Notes under the pieces: generated by a model
Seen by the model: the letters and a program-made list of their open reading frames with translations, nothing else
Told to the model about the DNA's origin: nothing
Database searches by the model: none
Shown here: one piece after another, positions 20,437 through 31,900 of the stretch
How the letters are laid out: each line of letters opens with the position of its first letter
Numbering within the stretch: position 1 is the first letter of the stretch
Program-made: the position numbers and the translations under genes
NCBI GenBank assembly: GCA_016618085.1
Contig: JABLTG010000155.1
Location: 1 to 44,785 of the forward strand
From: Neovahlkampfia damariscottae
Taxonomy: Eukaryota
DNA length: 44,785 nt
Direction: 5' to 3'

Positions 20437-22947
20437 ATGGACAAATTGGTAGCACAAATAGAACAAATATTTTTCGAACATGGAAAAAAGAACGAAGTTG
20501 ATGAAACATTCAAAATTAATATCGGAGTATTGAACCAAAAAATGGGCAACAACTTGAAAGAAAAAATAAAGATAACTAAGTTTCTGAAAAAGTTTCCAAA
20601 TCACTTTGAAGTTATTCCAGGTGGTTGTGCTGTTTTAAAAATAAAAAAAGAAGAAAAAAAAAAAACGGAAATAAATTCAAATTTAGAAGAGAAAGTGCTT
20701 AAACTATTTACAAAAGACGAATGGTTAAATCTCTGTTCTTGTGACAGATGGATGGAAAAAGATATTAGACTTGAAATCAAATATAAGTACGGCAAAATTC
20801 TGAACTATTTTGAAATGCATAGCAATACTTTTCAGCTGAAAAAGGTCTCAAACAATGAATACTCAGTGAAATTGAAAGATACTTCAGAACCAAAGATAGA
20901 GAAGAAAATTGAAAAAGTTGAAAAATCGAAGTTATTTGATATCATTAATGCTGAATTTCCAAATGATTGGACATTTTTAGCGAATGTTTTTTCATGGATG
21001 GAAGAAAAATATCGACAAGAAATTAAAAAAAACTATGGGGGAACTCTTAATTTTGTCAAATCTCATCCAGAAACTTTTAAAATCAAATTAAACTCAAAAG
21101 ATGCATTGATGGTAAAACTAAATGACCAAAAAGAAGAAACAATCAAAATTGAAACATCTTCCATTGGATCATCAAAAGGAGGCATTTTAGTTTTAGGATC
21201 AAAAGAAAAATATATTTATTCAATTGATTTTGAACTTATTGCATCAAAAGGAGATATTTACATTCCAGTTGAAATTGGATGTGTAAAATCAAGAATGAAA
21301 GATGGAAAAATAATTGACACTTTTCAAAAATTCATAAACTTTCCAGGAAAATTAGAACCAGAATTATACCCAGCTGCAATATACACAGAAAAAAAAATCC
21401 ACGGAATTCCAATCAAAAAAATGGGAGGATTAGCAAAACAATCATTAAAAGTTGTAATGAATGAGTTTCTACAATTTATTGAATATAATCCAAAAGAGAT
21501 TTCAATTTTATATGCAAAAGGAAAATCAGCTGAAATCAATACTTTTGATGCCATTTCCAAAAAGTTGAACATTGATTTAAAATTGAAAGTTATAGATGTT
21601 TATGAATTAATTCAATCTATTGAAGATTTAAACACTAAAGATGCTGTATATGTTGAACGTCAAGCCTCAAGATTTTTAAACCAATCAAGTAAATGCAAAT
21701 TTCATCAAGGAATTGATGATATTTTTCATTGTGCCCTGGATGATGCGATGGCAAATGCATTATTAATAGAACTAGGAATTCAAAGTTCATTCAAAAATTT
21801 CTTAAATCTTGAACCATTAAGTCGTCCTTCATTGTTAGAAAAAAAGAAATTAGAAGAAGAACTGATTATCGATTCAGAAGATGAAGAAATTCCATTAGAA
21901 GAAATAGCAGAAATTAATTCTTTTTTAATTCCAAAATTAAGAATTAACAATGAAGAAGTTCAAAAATTAATCAAAATACTTCCAGATACTTATTTAAAAT
22001 TTTTTGAAAATGAAAATATAGAAGATTTAATTGATATTGAAATGGATTTTAATAGAGTCCCAAAAGCTCATTTTTATGGAAATAAAAAAATTATAATTTC
22101 AGATAATTTAGTTTCACAAGAAGATATTGATCATGTTACTGAAAATTTACCAATTTTACCAAATAATAGATCAGGAATTGAAGAATATCTTCATAGAATT
22201 TCAGTTATTCGAGGAATTTCTGGTGATGTTGTTGGTATTACTTTAAGAGTTGGAAAACCAATCATTGGAATTTCAGAAGTAATTGCTGATATTTTGGATG
22301 AAAAGAAATCAATTTTGTTTTTAGGAGCTCCTGGCTCAGGAAAGACTAGTTTTATTCGTGATATTGCGAGATATATTTCAACCAATTCAAGAACGATTAT
22401 TGTTGATTCATCAAGTGAAATTTCCGGATTTGGAAATACTCCACATTTAAGTGTTGGAGATGCAAGAGTTATGAAAATCCCAGAAGCAAAGAATCAAGAG
22501 AAAATAATGATTGAAGCAATTCAAAATCATACACCTGATTGTTTAATTATTGATGAAATTGGAACACAAATGGAAGTATTTGCAACTAAAGAATGTTCAC
22601 AAAGAGGTATAATTTTATATGCATCTGCACACGGAAATGTTAAAACATTAGAAAAAAATCAAACAGTTGTTGGTTTAGTTGGTGGAATTGAATCTGTAAT
22701 TATGGGTGATAAAAATATTAAAACACAAAAAGAAAAAATACAAAGAAAATTAAAATACAAACCATTATTTGATGTAATTGTTGAATTTGAAAAAGAAAAT
22801 CGAAATAAATGGACAATTCATCATAATGTTGAAGAATTAATGGAAAAATTACTTTCTGGAAAAGAATATGAAGTTGAAATAAGATCATTCAATCAAGAAA
22901 CAGGAAATGTTGAAATTAAGAAAGAAAAACAAAAAGCAGAGGAATAA
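20437..22947 (+). CDS. Fusion protein: 3x LOTUS/OST-HTH-like repeats + Maelstrom/DEDDh nuclease + Ycf45/SpoIIIAA-like P-loop ATPase (intronless, 836 aa)
   Basis: Repeats ITKFLKKFPNHFEV, YGKILNYFEMHSNTFQL and YGGTLNFVKSHPETFKI. Nuclease IDFE...PVEIG...IHGIP...CKFH...HCALDDA. ATPase NRSGIEEYLHRIS...GITLRVGK, GAPGSGKT, IVDSSSEISGFG, EAIQNHTPDCLIIDEIGT, ASAHG. Confidence 0.8.
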   Translation: MDKLVAQIEQIFFEHGKKNEVDETFKINIGVLNQKMGNNLKEKIKITKFLKKFPNHFEVIPGGCAVLKIKKEEKKKTEINSNLEEKVLKLFTKDEWLNLCSCDRWMEKDIRLEIKYKYGKILNYFEMHSNTFQLKKVSNNEYSVKLKDTSEPKIEKKIEKVEKSKLFDIINAEFPNDWTFLANVFSWMEEKYRQEIKKNYGGTLNFVKSHPETFKIKLNSKDALMVKLNDQKEETIKIETSSIGSSKGGILVLGSKEKYIYSIDFELIASKGDIYIPVEIGCVKSRMKDGKIIDTFQKFINFPGKLEPELYPAAIYTEKKIHGIPIKKMGGLAKQSLKVVMNEFLQFIEYNPKEISILYAKGKSAEINTFDAISKKLNIDLKLKVIDVYELIQSIEDLNTKDAVYVERQASRFLNQSSKCKFHQGIDDIFHCALDDAMANALLIELGIQSSFKNFLNLEPLSRPSLLEKKKLEEELIIDSEDEEIPLEEIAEINSFLIPKLRINNEEVQKLIKILPDTYLKFFENENIEDLIDIEMDFNRVPKAHFYGNKKIIISDNLVSQEDIDHVTENLPILPNNRSGIEEYLHRISVIRGISGDVVGITLRVGKPIIGISEVIADILDEKKSILFLGAPGSGKTSFIRDIARYISTNSRTIIVDSSSEISGFGNTPHLSVGDARVMKIPEAKNQEKIMIEAIQNHTPDCLIIDEIGTQMEVFATKECSQRGIILYASAHGNVKTLEKNQTVVGLVGGIESVIMGDKNIKTQKEKIQRKLKYKPLFDVIVEFEKENRNKWTIHHNVEELMEKLLSGKEYEVEIRSFNQETGNVEIKKEKQKAEE

Positions 22948-22957
22948 ACTTTTCATT

Positions 22958-23545
22958 TTATGCTTTAACTTTTTTTTCATCTTTTTGTTCAAGTTCTTCT
23001 ACTTCTTCTTGATTTCTTTTTCTTGGAGATTGTAAATCAACGAATCCTTTGACATAAGAACTTCTACATGGTAAAGCATCAGCATCTTCTCCTCTGTTAA
23101 CAGGTGTCCAAATTGGTTCTTTCATTTCTTCAAGAAACAATCTCATAGCTTTGACATAATCAGATTCTGTGGTTGTGAATCTGTGATACATACCAGCTGG
23201 TAAAACGATTAAGTCACCCTTTGAACATAAAATTCTAATCCATTTGTCTTCTTTATTTCTTACATCAAAATAACCTTCTCCGTCTAAAATGAATCTAATT
23301 TCATCAAATTCATGTAAATGTTCTTCAAAGAATTTTTTCACCATAACGTCATAATTTGGTAATGTATCAGGTTTTATGTTTACAATACTACGATGACCGT
23401 ATTTTTTTTCTTTACAAATTTCATCTAATTTTCCTTCTTTTTCGTAGTTATCTGCATCAATAATGTAGGAATCAACTCCTAAGTCTCTTAATTGTGACTC
23501 AGAAACTGAAACTTTTTCATCATCAATCATCCATGCTTTCACCAT
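22958..23545 (-). CDS. ADI1: Acireductone dioxygenase (methionine salvage)
   Basis: MVKAWM start. Cupin metal motifs FFEEHLHEFDEIRFILDGEGYFDVR and GDLIVLPAGMYHRFT; AMRLF and PIWTPVNR also present. Confidence 0.93.
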   Translation of the reverse strand: MVKAWMIDDEKVSVSESQLRDLGVDSYIIDADNYEKEGKLDEICKEKKYGHRSIVNIKPDTLPNYDVMVKKFFEEHLHEFDEIRFILDGEGYFDVRNKEDKWIRILCSKGDLIVLPAGMYHRFTTTESDYVKAMRLFLEEMKEPIWTPVNRGEDADALPCRSSYVKGFVDLQSPRKRNQEEVEELEQKDEKKVKA

Positions 23546-23703
23546 TTTGTTCTGGTAAACGATTATTTGATTGGATCGGAATAACTTGACCAATAAATTG
23601 ATCGGAAATTGATTTTTTGAAATGTCTGGCAGTGATATCGGAGAAAATTGGTATAATTTAAATGTGACAATTTGTAAATGAACATTTGAGTTTTTTCTAT
23701 TCT

Positions 23704-24600
23704 TTATTTCAAATAATTTAGACAATATTCTATGTTTTCTTTATGCTCTAACCAAATTGAATAGGTCATTGCATAAAATACAATTATTTCCTTTTCAAAT
23801 GAAGTAAAAATTTTCCCATAGCCAATTTCAATAGCAGAAATGAACTCCCAATCACAATTGAATTCTTCAAATATTTCACCTAGATCCATCAAAGGGTCAG
23901 TTGAACAGCAGTCTGAAAAATCAATAATTGCCTTTAAGAAAAACTTTCCATTGATCTTTTCAACACGTAAGTTGTTATTAGTGATATCACAATGAACCAA
24001 ACGTGGATCTGAGAATTCCATCAAATACTTCTTATACTTTTGAAGAATTTTTGGAAATAAAATCATTTGAGTTTCATTCAAAATTCCGTTGTTTTTAGTG
24101 AACACAGTTTTGGAATTTTCTAAAACATCTGTTTCAATGGAATTAAACAAATTTTCCGAATTTCCAATACCAGGAATTGAACTCATGTATGAGTATTTTG
24201 TGGTTTGAATGGAATGAATTTTTTTCAATTCAGCGCCAACTTGTTGATAAATTTCTAAAATTTCTTGTTTGGATAATTCTTTGGAAACTTCAGAAACATC
24301 AAAACCGGAAATGTATTCTTCAATATAGTAGGATTCAGTTGAATCTAAGTGTCTTGGAACTTTAACTCCTGCAGAAGTACATTTTTCTAATGTCCATTTT
24401 AAATGTTTTGGTGAATGTTGGGGTGGTCTTGTTTCTTGTGATTTTTTTGGAATTCTTAAAATAATTGAACTCTCATTTTTGACAGAAATCAAATAGACCA
24501 AATTGTCACATCCTTTGGAAAAGTCTTTTGTGGTGTATTTGGTGGATTTTTCGTTGTAGTATTGGCATACAATTCTATTTATTTCTTCATTGATGCTCAT
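23704..24600 (-). CDS. Aminoglycoside phosphotransferase/choline kinase-like (APH family) kinase, intronless
   Basis: GCDNLVY, ILRIP, ELKKIHSI, Brenner-type VHCDITNNNL, IIDFSD, DPLMDL. Confidence 0.8.
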   Translation of the reverse strand: MSINEEINRIVCQYYNEKSTKYTTKDFSKGCDNLVYLISVKNESSIILRIPKKSQETRPPQHSPKHLKWTLEKCTSAGVKVPRHLDSTESYYIEEYISGFDVSEVSKELSKQEILEIYQQVGAELKKIHSIQTTKYSYMSSIPGIGNSENLFNSIETDVLENSKTVFTKNNGILNETQMILFPKILQKYKKYLMEFSDPRLVHCDITNNNLRVEKINGKFFLKAIIDFSDCCSTDPLMDLGEIFEEFNCDWEFISAIEIGYGKIFTSFEKEIIVFYAMTYSIWLEHKENIEYCLNYLK

Positions 24601-24883
24601 GGTAGATCCTTTCCAAAAAAAAAATAGACCAATAGTTTATCGTTATTATTTAAACAACATTTAATGTATGTCAGACAAAAGTTTATTATAAATATTAGAA
24701 CAACATTTCTTGGTTTTACAGATTTGGAAAATAGTCAAGTGACAAAACTTGTTTCTGAAAGTGTTAAGGATTTATTTGATTTTGCTCAGTTAATAGATTT
24801 TACATAATGAATAAGAAACAAGAAATAAACTGTACTTCTAATTATAAATGTTTGATACTTTGTAAAAAGCTTATTGGTCAAAA

Positions 24884-26429
24884 ATGGATTTCCAACTGAA
24901 TACAACCACCAACAGCACAAGAAATGTATTTATATTTTATCCTTACGATGGTGTTTATTTAGGTCTTCAGACAGTTGTTATTGTTGCTTTATGTTTCGTT
25001 GTTCTGCTGCTTTTTCTCTGTCGCAATGAAAAGCCCATTGCAAAACGAGGTATCATTCCTTACATTACACTGTTCGGAGTTTTATTGTACTACATAAGGT
25101 CCGTTTTTTTACAACTTTCATTTTTGAAAACAACAAATCCTTCATCATTCACACATCAGTACAACAACACTTTTTTTTTATTTTTTTCACAACAGTTGGT
25201 CATGTTGGTGGACAATGTTTTCCAAGTTTCCAAGTGTTGTTATATTCACTGCAGTTGAAACGTTATACATAACCAAATATTTCATTCAAAAACGACTAGA
25301 CTCTTTAAAAATGGACACTTGGAAACTATTTGATGATAAAAACACAGGAAGATTATTATTGCCTAATATTGAAGAAAATAGAGAATCTATTGAAATTATG
25401 GATGTCCAATTTCAAAAAAAACTAAAAAGCTATGAAAGAAGAATCAATATTCTCAAGTTTTTGTCATCCAACTTTATTGTGTTAATTGGAGTTTTTCTGT
25501 TGTTTTTGGTAATCTAATTGATGAAATATTAACATTTATAGGCTACCATTCTCATTCTTGCGATTACAAATACTGCAATAGAAATAGCTACTCCTAACTT
25601 TTGTACTTTCCACACATTTGATTTGGCTCCAACGATTACTGGAATTATTCCATTTGTGTTGTATGGAATTTTAGTCTTCTATGTATTCATAGCTATATTA
25701 GTCGATTTAATAACATTTACTTGTAGAAATGGATGCTCACCAATTGAATACTTTGTGAATGATGATGCATTGGGATTTAGATTTCAAATTTATCTGAATT
25801 GTGTTACTTCATTTATTTATTGGTTGTTTACAAGTTATTTCTTTTATAGTTACTTTATACCAACTAACAATGAAAACACCTGGGACAAATACACAACAAT
25901 GAGTTTGTTCATTCTAGGACAATTTGGATATTTATCATTGTATGGTGGCGTTCCTCCCTTGTTAATTGTTCTGTTTCAAAAGATAATCAAGTGTACAAGA
26001 TCTACTAAATATGATTCAGAATTTGAAGCTTTGATCAATGACAAAAAAGGAAAAGAAATTTTCAAAAAATATGCGAAAGCTGAATGGTCTTTGGAAAATA
26101 TCTTATTCTATGAAGATGTACAAACCTATTTGAATTCTCCAACTATTAAATATGCGAAAAGAAGATCAACAGAAATTCTCAACAACTACATTGAACTAGG
26201 ATCAACATTGGAAGTAAATATTTCAGCAGATGTGAGAAAACCATTGCTGAATAAATTAAAGAACTTTGATGATAATTCAGATCAATATTTATTCATTTTT
26301 GACAAAAGTTTGCAAGAAGTCAAAAGAAATATGAGAGATACTTTCAGTAGAATCCCTGGAAGTGAATTCAAAAGTTGGATTGCGACTAAAGTAAAGAAAG
26401 ATGAAAGGGAGTTGCAAACATTGAATTAG
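24884..26429 (+). CDS. 7TM-RGS protein; introns 25159-25195, 25509-25541
   Basis: After splicing there are seven hydrophobic segments, then the RGS box FKKYAKAEWSLENILFYEDV...YIELGSTLEVNIS...NMRDTFSR. Confidence 0.85.
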
Positions 26430-26453
26430 AAATAAATCCTTTTGAAAATAAGT

Positions 26454-28761
26454 TTATTTTTCTTTGATTGTTTCTTGTAGTTCTTCATAAATTTTTGAAA
26501 CATGAAATCGAGGAAATGTATCAATTAATAATGTATCACAAATATGTTTCACCATTTCATCAAAAATATCAGTGTTCACATTTCCAGTTTCTTTTGATAA
26601 TTTTAACTCTTGTGCTAAAATTTTCTTCAATTTTCCACTGACATTGATTTCTAAATCAGATGTTGAACGTAAATAAGATTCACAAATTTCAACAGCTTTG
26701 TAATATCTATCTTGATCAGACAAGAAATGTTGAAAAACACGAACATCTTCATAGAATAAAATTGGTTCAACTGCGTATTCAGTTCTCATATATGCTTTGA
26801 AATATTGTCTAAGTTCATCATCTTCCATAATTTTGATTTCCGCTTTTTCTAATTTTTCAAATTTACTTCCTTTTTTTTTACGACTTCTTCTTGAAATAAA
26901 TTTGTTCAAATTTGATCTCATTTGTCCAATTTTTTCAATCAATGAATCAACATCTTTTCTTTGTTCTGGTCTTGAATCAATCATTGAAAGTATCAAATTG
27001 ATCAATTCATCTTCATATTTGTTTTTACTTTCTTGTAAAAATTGACGAATATTGTAATAGTAATCTGGTTGTGTAACACGAATCATATGTAAAATTTTGT
27101 TGTCAGTAGTTTTTCTATTGACAATTTCTGCAATGATTTTAGGGCTCAATAAAGTCAACAATCGGAAAAATATCATTCCCATTGCAAAAATGTCGCTTTT
27201 AAAAGATGATTGTTTTTCAGGTGGTTCAAAGTAATTCATGTAATCAAAATCTTCAAGAAAGAATCCAGGGTCAATGTTTAAGTTGCTGTACAATCCTGTA
27301 AAGTAAATTCTTTTTTCTGTCAATTCACCAATCTCAAAATGACGATTTAATTTATGAAATTGTTGTAAACCTGAGAGCATTTGAATCATCATATCAAATA
27401 ATTCTAATCTCGAAAAAGGTTCTGCTGTATTGATTAAGTATTTGTCCAAACTTTCATTGTAATATGTTGTTACCATTGTTAGACATCCTTTGTTTGTTTT
27501 TGATAAATCTTCGTAAAATAGATCAATTAATTGAATGATATTTTCATGATTGATTTGATTTAATGCTTTAATTCTTTTTTCTTCAATGTTTTTTTTAGTT
27601 GAAACAATTTTAATAGCTTTGAATTGTTCAGAGGTGGATTTATTTTTCACAATCAAAATTTCAATCGTTTCTGAAAAGGAATCTACTGATTTATCAATAT
27701 TTTGAACCGTATAAACATCTTCAAAGTCTGGATTTTGCTGTTGTTCTTTATCTAAATCATTGATTTTTATGTAATTTTTCCAAGTGTGTGAATTGATAAA
27801 TCTTGAATAGAATTCAGCATTGAGGACATTATATAGAAATCTATACAATTTTTTATCCCAATCTTTCTTAAGTTTCTCTTTGAGGATAATTTCTTCTCTA
27901 ATTTGATAGTTCTTCAAAATATTTTTTGATGATGAAAGTTTAAGATATGGCAAAATCAATTTTGCATCTTTTGTTTCTTCCTTTGATTCATTATACTCTA
28001 ATAAAGCCTCATAACACTCAATGTAATTCTGTCCAAAATTTTCTTGAACAAAAGTTGAAAATAATTGCATAGCACCTTTGGATTCAATTAATTCATCAAA
28101 ATTTTGTGGAAATTTGATTTTTTGTTGTTTTTCAATTTCTAATTGTTGTTCACTCTCTTCTAAACTTTGATGTTTATACTGACGATAATATGTCTTGTAA
28201 GTACCTGCTAAAGAAGCGTAAACCTAAAAAAAAAAAATTAACAAAAAAATTATTTTCACTGACTTCCATAAAGATGAATTTGTATGGATTTTCTTCTCCA
28301 TTTTTAAATTTCTTGATTACTTTGTTTCTTTTTTTATGATCAATTGTTATTTTGTTTGGAGCATTTTCATCAATGAATTCTTTGAAAATTTGTTTTCTGA
28401 TTTTATTTTTTTCATCTTTATTCTTTTGATTTATGAATGACTTATACATTGTGTAAAAATTGAACTTTTCCATTTGTTGACTTTCTTTCACATACATTTT
28501 GAATTTGGCTTTGTCTTTATCAACTAGTAAATAATTTGACAATGATTTTGAAACTTTTCTGCTTGGAATTAAATCATCCAGAAGTTTGATTTCTTCTTCT
28601 GAATTCTTTGGTGTTAATTCTATGCACTCCTGCATGTTTTCTTTCAAGTCTTCTTCAAAATCGTTCATGGAAGGTGAATCTTCGCTACTTGCACTGGAAA
28701 GAAAGTGTTTGAAGAAACTTTCTCCCACACTTTTTGACTTGTTGTGTTTTTTTCGAAGCAT
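26454..28761 (-). CDS. RGS-RGS-(pseudo)kinase-RGS protein; intron 28224-28263
   Basis: The intron joins ORFs 28174-28764 and 26454-28070. RGS1 FIDENAPNKITID; degenerate RGS2 FSTFVQENFGQNYIECY; kinase fold KAIK...INHENIIQLID...KSDIFAMGMIFF...RPEQR; RGS3 FKAYMRTEYAVEPILFYEDV...SDLEINVS...DTFPRF. Confidence 0.8.
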
Positions 28762-28982
28762 CAAAACAACTATCGAAATTAACCCTCACCGAAAAATGAT
28801 TGGTTAAAACTTTCCAATTTTCCAAATTGGACACTTTGCTCTTTCCAAAGACAGATCGAATCCAAAAATAGATCAAAGGTTCAAAATTCAATTGTAAATA
28901 CTTTCATCATCTTATACCCTCAAATTAAGATCAAAAACATGCAAAATAAAAAATTGACAAAATTTATTTTTCGATATGATTG

Positions 28983-31900
28983 TCAATTTATCAACTCAAT
29001 TTGATTTTTTGAATTTAATCTTACAATCGATGAAGGAGAAGGACTTTGATAAAAATTATACAATGGATGACGATATTCGTTTTTAATTTCTTCAAGTGGA
29101 ACATTGTACATATTAATGGCACCTGATGCAATAATCCTCTGTTGATATTTAATTTTCCGATGTAAGTAAATGAATAAAACAATAAAAAAGAAAACAATAA
29201 CTAAAATTAAAGCCCCAAACACAAAATATGGAATTCCATAAAATTTTGACATGATGATTAAATATATGAATGGATAAATGCCGAAATAGAATAATAAACT
29301 TCTAACATTTTGTCTCAATACAAAACCATCCATATCTTGACTCTTATCATAATAATAATAAATCATGATTCCATCATGAAAATATTTCAAAAAGTAATAG
29401 ATAAATCCAATTGGAACTAGAACTGGAATAATGTTTCCAAAAATAAACACATATAGATAAATCAGCATTGATGTTGTTTTACTTGGAACTAATGAAATAT
29501 TTGGTCTTGCTATTTTTCCAGTTTGGTAATACTGTTTTGAAATTCTATAAATTATTGAAAGATGAGCAAAAGCTACATAAAAAAGTAAATTAATTTTTCG
29601 TTATTTTTACTATTGATAACAGCTGGAATGAGTGTTACGACATTTAATACATCCGGTGTGAGTTGTAGTATCAAATAATCATAAGTATTAAAAGGTTCTC
29701 TTGAAAACCAAACAATTGATAATCCATAAAGTACAATGGTAAATCTAGGAATCAATAATGTATTGATAAACTAAAAAGAGTTAGAATAATTGAATTACCA
29801 AATAAAATAAAAACAAAAATATTGACATCTTTGTCTCTTCAGTGACAGTTTGATATTTTGAAAAATCAATGAATTTCTTCAGCAAAGGAAATGAAATTAT
29901 GGTTACAAAAAGAATCCAAACAGGTTGTAAATCAAAAAAGAAATTGATTCCATCAAGTATTTCTTTAAAATTTTCAAATTGTTCAAGAAATCTCTCATTG
30001 AAAATACTTCTTTCAATTGAATGTAAACCAAAGATAATGCCAATGGATCCTAGCATCAAGAAAATTACAAACAAAACAATGAATCCGAAAATGAATCGAG
30101 ACCATCTGTTGCATGCAGAATACTTCAAATTTTCCATTTTGATATCGGTGGCTTTTGATGATTTTTTAAATATCCATTTTCTTGAAATAGTGTTCTTTTC
30201 ATTTGATAAATTTGAAGATTTCCATGATTTTGAATTATACTTCAATAGTGCATCTTGTGCTAATTTCTTTGATCTAAATGTTACATAAGCAAAACCTGTT
30301 CCCATTATAGTTTGAGAATCACGAAATTTTAAAGTTTCCAAGTATAATTTATGCAGTTTATCTTCACGTATTTTGATTTCTAATTTCACTGTTTCTTTCT
30401 TGTGTTTCCAAAATTGATACCATCTTGTTCGAAAATTAGTGATTTTTTTGAGGTATTGGATTTTTGATTTTTTTTCTTCAATTTTATCAAGAAGACTTTT
30501 TAATTCTGAAAGATCATAAGCAATGTGAGCAGCTAAAACATTATCTTCATCATAATGTTCCAAAAAAACTTCTTGAATTGTAGATTCTTCTCTAATTGAT
30601 TTCTGTACGTTCCTTATTTCAATTGTCCTCTCTGATGATAATTCTTCTTTTTTTGGAAGTACTATACGAGTTAATCTCATCATAAAAGAGATCATAATCA
30701 CAGTTACAATAATAGTCAAAAATGCAATAAAAAATCGAACAATTAATAAAATTCCATTATCAGAAAATGGATTATGAATAATTCCATATGATGATATTCC
30801 AATTCTTGATAAATCATGAATTCCTAATTTGGTGTAAGTTCCATCAACAACAAAAATATCCATCAAAATCATTCCAATGCTCAAGAGAGTGATGACAAAT
30901 AAACTTCGCAAGATGTAACTTGTAAAACGAATATGAAAGTAATATTCTGTTCCAATATTCAATTGATCACGTGGGCGGACTTTTTGAAGCAAAGTACAAC
31001 AAAAATCACTGCACATATTTGATTCATAGTCCCTGTAAATTCTTAATGATGAATCTGTTAATGCAATGGATGTTCTTGGTTTTAAAATCTCTGAATGCTC
31101 CATTTGAGGATATTTTTCTTGAACATAATTACCATTACAACAAACTACTAATGCAATGGATAAGAAGTACGTCATCAAAAAAATGGTCATCAATGCAAGA
31201 TATAAAGGACTGAAGAATTTTTCATAAACCATTGAGAGTTGAATCAAGTTTTCTTGAGGAGCAAATGCACATTGAAATTTACCTTCTTTCTGTAAAATGA
31301 CAGCATAACCCAGTTTATAAGTTCCTGGTCTTCCTGTGATTGTAAAATCGACAAAATGAATTGATTTGTCATTATCATAGGCTCTATAAGGTGAAAAATA
31401 AAAAGATCTCTCTTCTTGTGAGAATAGTTGAAGAGAATTCTGAATTACATGATATACATAAGAAAAAGCGAATGAATCAGCTGCTGGTTCTTTATAAAAA
31501 TAAAATCCTGGAATTGTAGTGTAATAGTTAATCCATGTCGAATTTATAAATCCTTTGCTTTGTTTTGCATCTTTAAGAGTAAAACTTGGTTGTATAGATA
31601 GTGAAGAAATTAAGTTTACACTTTTGATATCATGATCTAAACCTGTTGGTTGAACTATGAAAAAAATAAGAAAAAAAAAGAAAAAAAACTTTCAAAATTA
31701 GGGCATATTGTATGGTTTAATATGATTATTTGACCATCACAATGTAAAGGAAAAGTCCACCTTTGATAATTTTTCCAATAATGTTCTTTATGGAATTGTG
31801 GATTTCTTTGTGGTTCAAGTTGTTCAATTATTTGTTCTTTTGAAACTTTGTTATGTGTTGAATTATCAGAAAAGAAACGAAAAGTAAAACCTCCACAGGA

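Noticed and set aside
22958..24600. APH-like kinase as methylthioribose kinase forming a methionine-salvage cluster with ARD
   Set aside because: At 298 aa and lacking the MtnK-type GNLN and HGDLH motifs, it looks like a generic APH-family enzyme; adjacency is probably chance.
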